DNA of 63,267 nt, the filler included, from Octopus bimaculoides (lineage: Eukaryota), in the NCBI RefSeq assembly GCF_001194135.2. It is 4 parts of 4 records of this genome, joined end to end, with 100 filler letters (N's around TTAATTAATTAA, not from the genome) between each part and the next. Parts side by side here need not be neighbours in the genome. Positions count along the whole stretch, not along the records: positions 27,393 to 37,014 come from NC_068986.1; positions 37,115 to 60,221 come from NC_068981.1; 2 more parts are not named here. One strand, given 5' to 3'. Positions within the stretch are counted from its first letter, which is position 1. Each line of letters begins with the position of its first letter. The notes beneath the pieces are model-generated. The model saw only the letters and a list, made by a program, of their open reading frames with translations. It made no database searches and was not told the origin of the DNA. The position numbers were made by a program, and so were the translations under genes. Shown here one piece after another: positions 36,841-51,300 of this stretch.

Positions 36841-38733
36841 AAATCTTATTCTGATCAAAACAAAAAGGAGGGACACACTGGAAAATCCCCAAAATGACAG
36901 AATTGTCACTTTTGGAATCCCTTTCATCATAGGTATGCTGCACGATTGTAGTTGACCTGGGCTAAACGAAAACTCATCCCCCCACACACACATTCACCGT
37001 TTCTTTGTTTCCTGNNNNNNNNNNNNNNNNNNNNNNNNNNNNNNNNNNNNNNNNNNNNTTAATTAATTAANNNNNNNNNNNNNNNNNNNNNNNNNNNNNN
37101 NNNNNNNNNNNNNNTATATATATATATATATGTATGTGTGACTGTGTCTGAAAATTGGTGTTAGATTCTTTATGTCCTGCTAATTTTGCGGTTCAGCGAA
37201 AATTACCGACAAAATAAGTATCGAACTTAAAAACAAAAATCGGTACTGGGCTTGCTACGCGCGCGCGCACACTCACAGATATATGTTTGTATGTATGTAT
37301 ATATATAACCCTTCATAGAATGACGAAGGTGCACATCCTGTTGTCCTTTGAATGCTTTTGAAAGCTGAGGTTCATGTCTTCACCTGATGAAATCAGTCTC
37401 TTCTAGTGATGTATTAATCAATAAAAGATTCGTTGTAAACTGCTGTAGTGAATTGAAACTTGCATCTGTTGTTCTTTATTCATTATTATTCACCTCTCTC
37501 GTAATCCGTTCCTTGCGTAGATCTGAAGTATATTATAGGCCGCATATTTAGTACAATGTGCGTTTCTTGATTAGGCTCAGGGCTATTGATATGTTTTGTC
37601 GGGTACAGTAAATCTTATACATAACCTGAATAACTTTTCTGACTGTAGTTCGGTACCTGCCTATATATTTATATATATTTGTAGTGTAGTTTTCAATCCG
37701 GCCTGGTGCCTTACAATGTAAGTGTTTGATTTACTTGAATCTACTATGTATACATAGTTAAACGAAAACGCTCACACACTAGAAAAAAACTTCCCCAAAA
37801 CGTTTAGTAACATCCTCATAAAGGATTTCATAACATTTAAAAGAACAATCCGCTTTACACTTCAAAAACTGTATTAAGTAATTCTCATTGACATTCATAT
37901 ATATATATATTTGTATNNNNNNNNNNNNNNNNNNNNNNNNNNNNNNNNNNNNNNNNNNNNNNNNNNNNNNNNNNNNNNNNNNNNNNNNNNNNNNNNNNNN
38001 NNNNNNNNNNNNNNNNNNNNNNNNNNNNNNNNNNNNNNNNNNNNNNNNNNNNNNNNNNNNNNNNNNNNNNNNNNNNNNNNNNNNNNNNNNNNNNNNNNNN
38101 NNNNNNNNNNNNNNNNNNNNNNNNNNNNNNNNNNNNNNNNNNNNNNNNNNNNNNNNNNNNNNNNNNNNNNNNNNNNNNNNNNNNNNNNNNNNNNNNNNNN
38201 NNNNNNNNNNNNNNNNNNNNNNNNNNNNNNNNNNNNNNNNNNNNNNNNNNNNNNNNNNNNNNNNNNNNNNNNNNNNNNNNNNNNNNNNNNNNNNNNNNNN
38301 NNNNNNNNNNNNNNNNNNNNNNNNNNNNNNNNNNNNNNNNNNNNNNNNNNNNNNNNNNNNNNNNNNNNNNNNNNNNNNNNNNNNNNNNNNNNNNNNNNNN
38401 NNNNNNNNNNNNNNNNNNNNNNNNNNNNNNNNNNNNNNNNNNNNNNNNNNNNNNNNNNNNNNNNNNNNNNNNNNNNNNNNNNNNNNNNNNNNNNNNNNNN
38501 NNNNNNNNNNNNNNNNNNNNNNNNNNNNNNNNNNNNNNNNNNNNNNNNNNNNNNNNNNNNNNNNNNNNNNNNNNNNNNNNNNNNNNNNNNNNNNNNNNNN
38601 NNNNNNNNNNNNNNNNNNNNNNNNNNNNNNNNNNNNNNNNNNNNNNNNNNNAATCTGCACAGCCTTGACTTTTTATCTCATTCTTAAAGAAAATATTATA
38701 TATATATATATATATACCTGTGTGTGTGTGTGT

Positions 38734-38770
<37 letters not shown>

Positions 38771-38814
38771 CAATGGGAGCAACTGTCTTCGAAGACTCAT
38801 ATTATAGTTCAATG

Positions 38815-39098
38815 CTCGAAATGAGGAGTAGAGTGCTGCACACGAAAGCTGGATCGAGTTTCGAATTTCGAGCCGAGTTGTTCGTTGTGTTCTTAAGCAA
38901 AGCAGTTCATTTCACGTTGCATCAGTCGCACTACCTGTTAGCTGGTGGCCTTGCGACGGACTAGCTTTCCGCACAGGTGGTAATGCTGGTCTACCCGTCA
39001 AGTCAGTGGGTGGCATCATTCGAAATGTAAGACGATGTGATGCGAATTGTGAGCAGCGATGTAAACATCCGATACTCTGGTCACGTGATCACGTGATG
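38815..39098 (+). mobile_element. Old tRNA/CORE-like SINE ending in (TCACGTGA)2
   Basis: GTTGTGTTCTTAAGCAAAGCA..TTTCACGTTGC domain resembles the 14.3-kb element; 3' end GGTCACGTGATCACGTGAT. Confidence 0.55.
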
Positions 39099-42000
39099 CA
39101 TATAAAATATGACCAGTATACGTTTATTTCCTAATGACAGTATGCACAATTATCCGTTACGATATTATCAATGATAAAGTGTCTTTATTAACTTTAATTG
39201 AACATATGTTAATTTTACATCAAGTAAATCTTTTCAGAGAAGGATTTTTGCGTAGAACATTCTGCAACTTGCCGTTGTTTGGCAGCCGACCTAGAAAAAA
39301 GCTTGCAACTCTGACACATACTCATAGAGTTAGTCATTTAACAGAACGCGCCCATACGTACAAACACACCCACACGCAGGCAAGAACAACTCCCCACCAC
39401 AGAACTGTTCAAATATACACAAATTCAAAATTCAATGGCTTCTACACAGGTTAATCTTACGAATTCTGCCAAATAACATTATAGTGGAATGTTGCTTGAA
39501 AATGTGCAAATTCGAAACTAATCAATGCACACAAATAAACAAACAAAAAAATTGATAAATGAAAATAAATTTATAAATAAATATATATAGAAATTGTTTT
39601 CTGTGAATATTTAGTCTTTCTTTCAAACATTTTTTTGCTTTTTGCTGAAGGGCGGATAGATAACTATGAGACAGAATTTCATTTCAGCAAATCAATATAG
39701 CTTTTTATTTCATTAATAATTAATTTTCTTTTCAAACTCAGAGATTATTTTAAGTGGCACAGTTTATGAAGAACGCTAAAAAAATTATTCTGGTAGATGC
39801 TAGTGTATTTTTTGCAATTTCAGGCCGATTATATCTGATTTCACATAAAATTCCTTCGAGAGAGAAGTAAAGTAGGCACAAAAATAAAAGTTTGGGAAAG
39901 GGTAAAATGGAGGAGGGGAATCAATAGATTCATCCAAAGAGATATATGGTATAGATAGAGAGGAAAACAAGACAGAACAAGTAGGCATGGCTCGGAGAAA
40001 TGGAAACAAATAGAATGGGAAATTATGAAGGAACTACTACTGTTCCATGAGAAGCAGTAATCAACGGCAGGTTGAAACATGAGAAATCTTAAACTAGTAA
40101 TACAGGGCATTAACATCCAATCTTATACTCTTTACTCATTCTGTGTTTTCTAAGTGATTCTCTTTTTCTTTATTTTCTAATTTCACTGCATGGAAGCGCA
40201 AGCGAGATTCCCTACTAACTTTCTGTCTATATACTGCAATCTAAACCGATGGTGTCGTTTCCACAAGATATTCATATACAGGGGCACATTAATGTTCAAT
40301 TATAGTGGAGTTGATAATGAGACGAATTGCATTCTTTTGAGAACGAATCTCATGTTCTCTCTTAGACACCCTCTAACTGTAACGCTAATGTATGGGCTCA
40401 CAGAGTGTTTATTAAATACACCGTGTGTTGTATTACCTGTAATTTTTTTCCTGTGAGTTAACGTTTATTCGCTTCAAAATAGAACAGAAATAACAAATAT
40501 AACTTTCACGCATTAGCTGGTCTCATTTAACTAATGAAAACTTGCCTATTTTTCCTTACTTCACTTCAATGATCTAATAGTAAGCAAAATGTAAAGATCA
40601 AATGCAAAAGTCTACCCTTTGTTACTAAATTCATTGAGCAAAATATTAGTTATTGGCTGAAATATTCGTAAACCGGGAAGTGCTACATTGACTCCTGAAA
40701 TGTTAATGGTCTTTCTTGATGTAAGATTTTCCAATGCCTTATGCCTCTATTTGTTTAATCTTCTAACCACCTCAGCTCCCATTAATACTGCTGTTCAAGT
40801 AGTGTTAGAGCTTTAAAAGCGTGTGTGCTAATGTACTAAGCATACATGCCCCCACTTACACATATAATCATGCACAAGCTTTGAGAGAATATAGCTGTTA
40901 CCTTCTTTAAGAAATGTTCTCATTTTACACAGAACTTAATTTAAATTATCTGCAATAGAGTTAACATTTGTATTCGAAATGTTGGCGTGATTTTCGGAAG
41001 TCGATATAACACAGAATGTAATGTCATAAAAGTTTCACCTTATCAGAATAAACATCTGAAGCAGTTTAAAGGTTCTTTATCTTAGTTTAAAACGGTTGGA
41101 GGAATTAACAATCAAATTATAGGTTCCATGTTCAAGATATCTAATTCAATAACAATTTGTTGCAATGTACAAGATATTCAACTACGCGTAGGAATCCTTG
41201 TTTAATATAATAGTTCTTAGTTTTCTCATAAGCAAAATTCAAATGTATCCTATAAACCGACCTACTTATGTTGAATCAGTCTTTCTCCAGTTGTTCAACT
41301 TGTGTGTTTTAATGTCGAATCTAGAATTAGCGCTAATGACAATTTGTGTGAGTATGTGTGACTTTGTATGTGATAATACAACCTTTAGATATTCGTGGGA
41401 CAGTTGCCATCCAGTCTAAGACAATTGAATTCAATTATTTTCTTCACATTCTCAGGATGTTGACTGATTTTCCTTTTAAATGTAATGTATTTATGTAATC
41501 TATTTTTGTTGTCAGTATAACTCATTAGTCTACCGACATCAGTACACATTAGTGACATCACAGTGGTATTGTAGTTCTTGATGAAAGGGTATTAGGTGAC
41601 AATTTTGATTTTTTACATTATCAGATATAAAAAGAAAAAACACCAAAAAAACAATTAAGAGGCGATAGACACTATATCACACTTTTATCTTTTTAAGTGC
41701 AAACACCTTTTCTCTCAAACGTCATATTATATTAGGCACTAAGTAATGACTAATTATCTTCACTTTTTGGCCACGGAATTAAGTAGATTAATAATCCGAA
41801 TAATAATATTATTAACATATTCAAAAATTCGCTGGTTCAGTGTATATAATCAAGTTGTAGACAAAGCAACGAGGGAACTTCTATGCTGCCGTTCCATTTG
41901 CAAGAAATAACAACCGAAATACCTCTAATACCTGCGTAAAGTCATAAATAAGAAACGAACACAAAAGTCCTACACGCTGTTAAACAGACGTGACGGTCAC

Positions 42001-42189
42001 AACTGGAATGACTTTCATGTTAATGCTTTCTGATCATGTTTAATATGAGCTTAAAGGAAAAACAGCAGAAAAAGATATGGTAGGATATTTCGTGAAAAGA
42101 TAAACGAATATGTCAGACATAATTCGTATTTTGTAATATACAATTAATCTAATAACTAACAATAGGATGAAAACAGTAATAGACTAGTG

Positions 42190-43020
42190 TTGATGTTGTT
42201 GTTATGGCTGCTGTGTAGTCTAAGATAAGCCATAGCAGAGCAGCGCTATGCCATGTAGATTGTTGTTAATAGGCGAGCTGTCACACAAATGCACTTTCCC
42301 ATGTACACCATGCCATGTTTGTGTCAAGGCGAGGAACATATACAGCGGTGAATCATGTGGTGCAGAATGTAATACTTTGGAGTTACTTTACAATCTCTTT
42401 ATTGTCCAGCCTGTTCTTACCTACCCGTAGATTTTTTGCATGGTACTGGTGGTAGCGGACGAGTTGGAATCGGTTGAAGCAAGTTTTTATGATTATAATT
42501 CTTTTTCTTTTGTGTATGTGGTGTGAATCTCAATACATATCTTTCGATATCTTTGAGGCGGATATTCACAAATATTTCTGTGTGCATGCGCTCTGTATAT
42601 TCATCTGGACTGAGCGAGAGAGGTACTATTTTTACGATATTGCTTTTCAGTGTCTGGGGCATTGTATACTTTCTGTTGAAAAGTGTCTAATCTATTATTT
42701 GGAATGCTGAGTTTGGCATTTCGGCAGTAAGAATATTATCCGAATTCTTGCTACATGAATGACATTAGTTTTGTATTGCATAATTTTAGTTTTTTAAGAT
42801 CATGTTTACAAAGTTTGTCTGTGAAATGACCTATTTTTAAGTGTAATTTGTGCTTATCTATGATGCAGTGGCGCTTCCAGTTTTTATCGCTGTAGTACTT
42901 ATTACTATTTCTGTAAATTGTATTTCTGGATTAGTGTAATTTGAATTTGTATAAGCATTATAAAGATTGTTATGCCCTTATGCCCAAGTTCTAGCTTCAA
43001 GTCTTTCTTCTAAAGCAATT
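42190..43020 (-). pseudogene. Highly decayed CR1/L2-like LINE 3' remnant
   Basis: Frameshifted minus-strand pieces (NIRLK..YV..FTPHTQK; LTQTWHGVHG) resemble the YIRP.LEY..VWSP..KK and DLI..FKI.HG motifs. Confidence 0.45.
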
Positions 43021-45747
43021 TCACGAGCTAAAGCGGAGAGAGAGAGAGAGAGGGAGAGGGAGAGAGAGAGAGAGAGAGGGAGAGGGAGANNNNNNNNNNG
43101 AGAGAGAGAGAGAGAGAGAGAAACAGAGAGAGATATGTGACGAGAATTCATTATTATAATAGCTTTCGTGCCACGTGTGAGCTACCCGTCTTTTTGGCGG
43201 TTTTGCTAGTATATCTCAGCATTACATTAATCTGTTTATTCAATATTTTTTTAACACTCTGGGAGTTGTGTTGAGAAAGTTTTTTCTAGCGATTTCGTCC
43301 AGATCGAACAACTGTGTAGTGTCTTGGTTACTAGACAGATTAGATTACTGTCAAATGCGTAGCTATGAAAATATTGTTAATTTTATACAACACCTACTAT
43401 TATAAAATCCCGCATATCAATAAAAAAAATTAATGGTCCAAATACTTCTAAGTCTGTATATTGTTGCTGGTGAACGTATTCAGCTTTCCTAAAGGAAATT
43501 TGTTGTCAGGTAAATAGATAAGAGATTACTTGCATAAAATGTTAGAGAACTGAAATGATGCTTTGACCTAATGTCTTTAGTTTTAGTTTCTTAAATTTAT
43601 TGTAGAATCTTTCACAATTGTTGCCGAAGTAACATCTTAAAAACGTTTCGACTAGAGGTTCCCGATTTATACGATGTCTATGAATTTCTTGTGCAGCTAT
43701 GCCTTACTTTGACCTGGTCACTAAATATTAATCTGATAGTAACAATGTTGAAGACTGATATATTCTCCTAATATTTATATATTCGAGTAATATACTTTTG
43801 TATTCTCAAGCCTGCATAATACAGACTCATTTATTTCATTTGATTATAATTTCTGAGAGTAAATTTTACACTCCATATAATTCAAAGAGTAACTGCTTAA
43901 ACTGGTAATATCTTTCATTTGACAGGTGAAATGTCCTGATGGATACGGCATTGGATTTTATACTCGAGCTTAGGATATTGCATTGCCAGTTCATGAAGTA
44001 CATTGTGACTCTCATTGTTGCTATACTGTGGTATAAGTATATGATATCGAATGTTGTCAAAGAATGTTGTACATTCCGACGTGATATGCACATATTACCA
44101 GCTAAAGATTTCCTTAAGATGCACGCCCGTGCACTCATACAGACACACACACAGACCATACACACACGCCCACCTCACACACACACACGCCCACCTAACA
44201 CACACGTTCAAAAATTCACACATGCACATACATTCACAATAAAAAGTAGCGGAAGAATCACTTTGAAGCATCATGTGTTTTATTATTCCTGCTTACAGGC
44301 AGTTGACTGTAGATAGGGTAACTGATTAAAAATAGGATAACTGATTAAAGTTTACTCTGTGTTTACTCTGTGTTTTAGAAAAGTAGACATAAGATAAGAT
44401 ATCTCAGCGTTCGTGCATTACTGTAACTAGAGACTAAAACGTAGCTATTCCCAGACGTTGCAGTCCGTAATGTGGCATGTCTACAGCGTCCAGTCTTAAT
44501 TGTACTAATATCGCAGAGTTAAATGATTACCTATAAATTCTCAGACATTTCTATATAAGAGGCGAAGCTTCAGAAGCTAACGTGGTTGTAAACATGAATT
44601 ATCGATCAGAAAACTTATAATTGAAAAAATGTAGCAGGAGGTTTTCAACATGGCATTCAATTGACTCGCTCAAGGTTTTTAGGTAGCGGTCCTCAATTCA
44701 AGACTATAGCAATATTAACCTTGAGATAGGTATCACGAATAATAAGTAGGTACCTAATATGTCTTGCATAAAAGTGCAAGAAAAATTTTAGATACATGGA
44801 AAAATGGAAATTATAAAATTCACTTCTATTTCTACTATAAGAATATTTCTCCACTTCTTTCCTTCCTGGCGTCCTCATCTTTAACTGTTAGGCTAGACTT
44901 GATACAGGTGCGAATTATATTGCAAGACATACGAATGTATCTTTTATATATAAGAAATAAATTAATGCATTCCGTTGCAGAATATAGACAATTGGAAGCA
45001 CAGTAATAGACAATACACGAATTCAATAAAAGGTAACTTGATGGGGGAAGATTAATAAAACTTATTAATATATGTTGTTAGAGAGATAGAGTTCAGAAAA
45101 ATAGACCAAATACAATCGTATGAAATGAATGAACTAGATAGAATTCAAAACAAACACAAAAAGAAACATATTAGGGAAGAATACTATGGAAACATTACAA
45201 CACTACTTAACATAGTGTTAAGTGTCAAAGAACTGATAGACTTCAAGTCTGCAAGAGTTTCATTATTCATTAGCAGATATAATAATCTAACTTGACGCTA
45301 AGTGATTTAGGAGCACTAAATAAGAAAAGAAATTATAATGAGACCTATCAGCTTTTGTTCATATTTCTTGAACTGTAATAATGGCAAACAATAAATTATT
45401 TATCCAAGTAAAATCATAGTCGCAAGATCTCGGGAAACATTATTCCAATGAATAATCCAGCTTTTCAACATGGAACTGATAGTCATGTTAAATAGTCTTG
45501 CTCATACTATCTTCAAGATGAATCACCTAATATAGAATTCATGAAAATCATATAAAACTCATAAAATTACTATATGAATATTGTGTCACTCGTATATTTT
45601 TAGAATATGTTCATTTGCTTTCAAACTTAGCAGGTTGAGTATGCATCAAACTCTACTAGAGATACAACCCAAATCAATCCATTCTTTTGATAAAAATGGG
45701 TTGTGAATGTACATCAAAAAGCATTATTGAATTTCATTCTCCTGCAG

Positions 45748-45798
45748 TTAGTTTTGGTCAAATGTTTCAAACGTGGAATCTGACAGTAATTGCTGAAG
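45748..45798 (+). CDS. Candidate 51-nt phase 1-1 exon continuing the signal-peptide exon (VSFGQMFQTWNLTVIAE)
   Basis: tttcattctcctgcAG acceptor, GAAG|GTAACT donor, open in the required phase; no homology recognised. Confidence 0.3.
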
Positions 45799-46519
45799 GT
45801 AACTGGCCACTTTGAAAAGCCAGCTGCACTCTAAAAAGCATCTTAATCTCTAACATCTACGACTACGGGACATAATGTAAATCATAGATATCCGCAGTGA
45901 AAGAAATATGAAATTATCTCTCTATACAGAAATTCAAGAAAAGTCTTGGTATAAATTTTAATGACATATAAGAGTAGAAAAAGTGGACTAGTCTCTTAAA
46001 CTGTATGCTAGATAGGAAGAAAAGCTATGTCAAGTTACACTTAAATGTGACAAAACACACGATTGTACTCAATATACAAAAGGGCACAACAATATTTAAC
46101 TGATATATGAGATACTCTGTCAAGAAATCCTTCATAAACTACAAGACAGCACTAAACACACATGCACAGCAAAAATATTAATTAAAACAAAAAAAGTTAC
46201 AGAATGAATGAAGGGATTAAAAGAAGGAACGATTGAAAATATAAATAAATTATAGGAACTTAAAACCTCTATGAGCAATTCCAAAAACATTTTAATAAAC
46301 TGGTGACCTACAAGCAGCTCTGCGGCTTGCAGCTGAAAACGGAGAATGGCATGCTAACAATTGCTATATTAACTAGATCTAATTATTTCTAGAAGTATGT
46401 TCTGAAAGGCAATAACAAACCAGAATACCACCTGTTGAAAATTTTACGAATCTAAGACTAGTTTGATGCTCTACTTTGGTCGCACTAGAAAATATCAGAA
46501 GTAGTAGTGTTGGCTCTTC

Positions 46520-47040
46520 CGAATATATAAAATGATGATGACTATAGCCAATATCGCCTACTCGAGAATAGTGAAAAATACTAAAAATTAGTTTGTCTTA
46601 ATCGAAGTCAAAAAGACGTGGCAGTGATTGAAGGAGCACTTGGAATGATCAAAAATGGAACTGAAAATTATTCAAGAATGATCCCAGCCTACCATCCATG
46701 CAGGAAGTACTAAATATTGTCTTAGCAGATACGTCACATGTATTGAGAAGAGCATTGTCGTTGTAAATTTTCTTTCCTCCCCGCCTTTATTTTTATTTGT
46801 TTGCTTTTCTCCTTTTTATTTCTTTTATTTCTTTCCGTTTTATCTCTGTCGTCCCCTTTTCTTCTGCCACATGACTCTATAAAAGAACAATCCGGTGTGC
46901 TTGTTTTCATGGCCTACTAAAGTGTGCAGTAAGTGTCTCTGCCCTATGTGTCAGGAAGACACTCCGCAAGAAATGGAATCAGAACTGAAAGAAAATGCTA
47001 ATGAAAATGATAATAATTTTAATAATATTAATAATAATAA
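46520..47040 (+). mobile_element. 3' end of an R4/Dong-like (RLE) non-LTR element with 3' UTR and (TAA)n tail
   Basis: VIEGALGMIKNGTENY...; UTR homologous to 47960-48180. Confidence 0.75.
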
Positions 47041-47450
47041 GACCGGTGGCTACAGCTGAGAAGGAGTAACTCGATAGAGATAGAATCACTTATATGCGCA
47101 GCACAAGAACGAACGTTACGGACTATGTGAAGTTCAGAATCGAAACACTACCGACAGCGACAAATGCAGAATGTGTGGTGAAAGCGGGGAAACGGTATGG
47201 TACATTATTAGCGAACGTTCGAAATTGGCAAACACAAATACAAAAGAAGCCATGACAAAGTAGCAATAATGATTCATTTGGGAGCTTTCTGGGAAACGCG
47301 GCCTAGAAACAGCAAAGATATGGTGTGAGGAAATCTCAGAAAGGGTCACCGAGAATGAAAATTGCAAAATCCTCTTTGAGATAGTGTTCCAGTGCGATCA
47401 CCTGACCGAAAATCGGAAACTGGTCATTGTTGTGGTGTAGACCAAAAGTG
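47041..47450 (+). pseudogene. R4/Dong-like LINE fragment, subfamily A (zinc knuckle to the start of the RLE domain)
   Basis: ESLICAAQE...DKCRMCGESGETVWYIISE.SKLA...RHDKV..IHWE...ENENCKIL. Confidence 0.85.
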
Positions 47451-48367
<917 letters not shown>

Positions 48368-51300
48368 CATCATCATGAACATTATTATTACTTTAATAAA
48401 AAAAAAAGAAAGTGGGTATGAACATGATGGTGCAGTAGAAACCGGAAATCTGGAAAAAATATTCTATAAAAATGATAATGCTACAAATAGCAGCAATTCA
48501 GATGAATACTAACCATAGAAATATGGATGATAACAGTGACGATGACATTGACCATAACGATGATGATGATGATGACAACGATGACGACGAAGCACAGCAG
48601 AAAAACAAAAATGCAATAACAATGACGATATAATAGTGACATTGCTGCTGAATGTATAACTGAACATTGATAGGAAAAACTCCTGCAGTCAAAAATATGA
48701 AATAAACGATACTCTAAATGAAAATACAACGGTTCATTATATGAAATCCGTCTAGTGATGATATGTAAAGAAATGGCTTACAAAAATAAACACTCTACTA
48801 TGAAAATCTTAAACTCAACAATTGTAGCCAATAGACTCAGATACCTAAGAAATTAATAACCACAAAGAACACATTTAAAATCATATAACTTAGAAATCTT
48901 CACAAATCTCTAGCCATTGCTTAACACACACAAACACACACACGAATACACGTGTTTGTGAGTGTATTCATATGCTTTGGAAATATAGACAGCACACCAT
49001 TAACTGTTGTCATAAAATGAATTCCACATGAATAATGTAATATGATGTTTTTATGTCCAAAACCAATGCACCTACTAAAATATAAGGTAGAGAGTCAAAT
49101 ATGCGTAGGTTTGTGGATCAGCTTTGGAATAATATCTCATATTCGAACAGTGTATTCGTTATACGTGTATATGTGAAAGCTAATATGTAATAGCAGTCAC
49201 ATCTCATCGATATCTATCCCTGTCGTTTTGAAACAATGATGCATTAACTAATGTGGGTTTAATTTCACTACTCTGAAAATGATGAGCAAAACACAGTTGA
49301 AGCATTTTTGGTAATAAACTTGTTCGGTCAGGGCTTACCAAGCAGTTTACAACATCACAGTAAAATAGACTGAAGCGCGCGGTAGCTATTCTCTAGCAGA
49401 ATATCGGATAACTGAAATGCAATTAGCTATTAACAATGGGAAATATAACCGAACTTTATATTTCTACTTTCACTGTTACTGTAACTATTTTGCTGCAGGG
49501 AATTGGCCAGCTCTATCTACATAAATCCAAACGCACCCGTTGCCGTTATCTCATTTTCCCGTTCCGTTATCTCATATTTCAGGCAGTCTTCCAAAAATTG
49601 GCAAAAGCAAAAAAACTCGGTCTCTTCACACCTTAATTCTAGAATTACAGCGTTCTGAAACTGTTTCTGGCCATACATCCTTTATGAAACATCAGCTTAT
49701 AAATGTTTCACAGAAACTGCATTAACCTCTGCAGTCAATCAGCACATGAAATACTAGTGTTCTCTCCTCTGACTTTTTTCTGCCAATGAATAATAAAGCT
49801 ATACACATAAGGAAATGAATTTCTCCCCCATTGGCACAGTTTGAGGAATTTTGCTCAAATCTTGATATTATCTGGTAGAACATTTTCGAATACTAGAGAT
49901 AATAAGAAGTGTTTGTTTAAATATCAGGGATTAAAATTCATGTAAGATGAATTGTTTACATGTATACGTTGCATAAATTGTACACACTTTCATACATATG
50001 TAACTACAAACATATACATACGCAGTATTTTCTATGCTCACGTAAGTTACCATGTAATATACACGAAAAGCAGAGAAATGCCCAACCTTAAAAAAAAAAA
50101 GAAAATTAAACTATACTTAATAAACTAACATCTAAACGTATCCGTTACATCCTCAATACTACACATTTCTCTGAATTTCCAAAAGTCTCAAAATAAAAGA
50201 GATATAATAGAGAATGAAAATACCTCATGATTTTAAAAGACACAAAGAACTATCAACCCTGTATGAAACGAGGAAAAAAAAAATAACGAAATCGCATTCA
50301 TAAAATTCAAAACAAATTTCAGAACTGAAGACCAAATGAAACAATAGATGCAAGCACAGAGTCTTTCAGAAATGAAAGAGGAACTTGCCCAAAATACAAT
50401 TTTTGCAATTCTTGTTATCTGTGTGCAGAAATAAAAGACTAAAATTATTACGTTAATAAACAATTAACAATAAAGATTTTTGCCAAAAAATGCTTTAGAT
50501 ATTCAGAAAGAACAACCTTTAAAATTTTTGAATTTGAATAGAATTAGATCACATTAAACAATATACGTAACGAGATGCCGAATACACTATGCTATAAAAT
50601 TCAAGATTTAAATTTGCATCTGACGCACGAAAAGTTAACGTGAAGTATTAATGTACATTTATAATATCAGTAGAAGAAATATATATGGTTAAAACAAAAT
50701 ATAAACATTCCCTTGCAAAGTGACAGCCGTTTACTATAAAAAAACAAAATAACAGATTCATCACGCGCTACTTTTACGAACCATCAATTAACTTTTGATT
50801 GCTATGGTAGTTATCGAACGTATGGATACTTAGATTAAAGAAGACTGAATGTACGATGAGCCTTATGGATAAAAGGATAAATAATTTGGAAGATAGTATT
50901 ATTAGTAATATGATCGGTGAGCTACAAATTACATATACATAAGATTTGATGCCGAATAGCAACTGAATATATACACAAGTTTATTAGTAATTTACGGACT
51001 ACAAACCGGACACAAAAGACACAAATTATATTTTTATAACCAAGAGTAACTATAAAAATCGTCACCATCAAAAGTTTTGTCTGTTTATTTCTGCATCTAT
51101 AATGACATGTTTATTTATTGGATAGAACAAACTTCGCGTAGGATATAAAATGTGGAAAATAAACCGAATTTTTCCATGGATGACTTACAAGTTACGATTA
51201 AGAGGAGATGCCTACAAAAGACATTTTAATGTAGTTTACAATTAATGAGAGGTGCAAGTGACATATAAATAAACAAATTTCTGAATTAAACAAGAGAAGA

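Noticed and set aside
37315-37395. TGACGAAG...GAAAGCT and CTGATGA as hammerhead cores
   Set aside because: No consistent stems I/II, and G at the cleavage position.
37779-38964. Long ORFs spanning N gaps (also 21204-21483 and 55904-56832)
   Set aside because: Open only because N codons translate as X.
49585-49725. Terminal exon candidate for the secreted-protein gene (GSLPKIGKSKK...)
   Set aside because: Acceptor and phase fit, but there is no homology or other support; such ORFs arise by chance.
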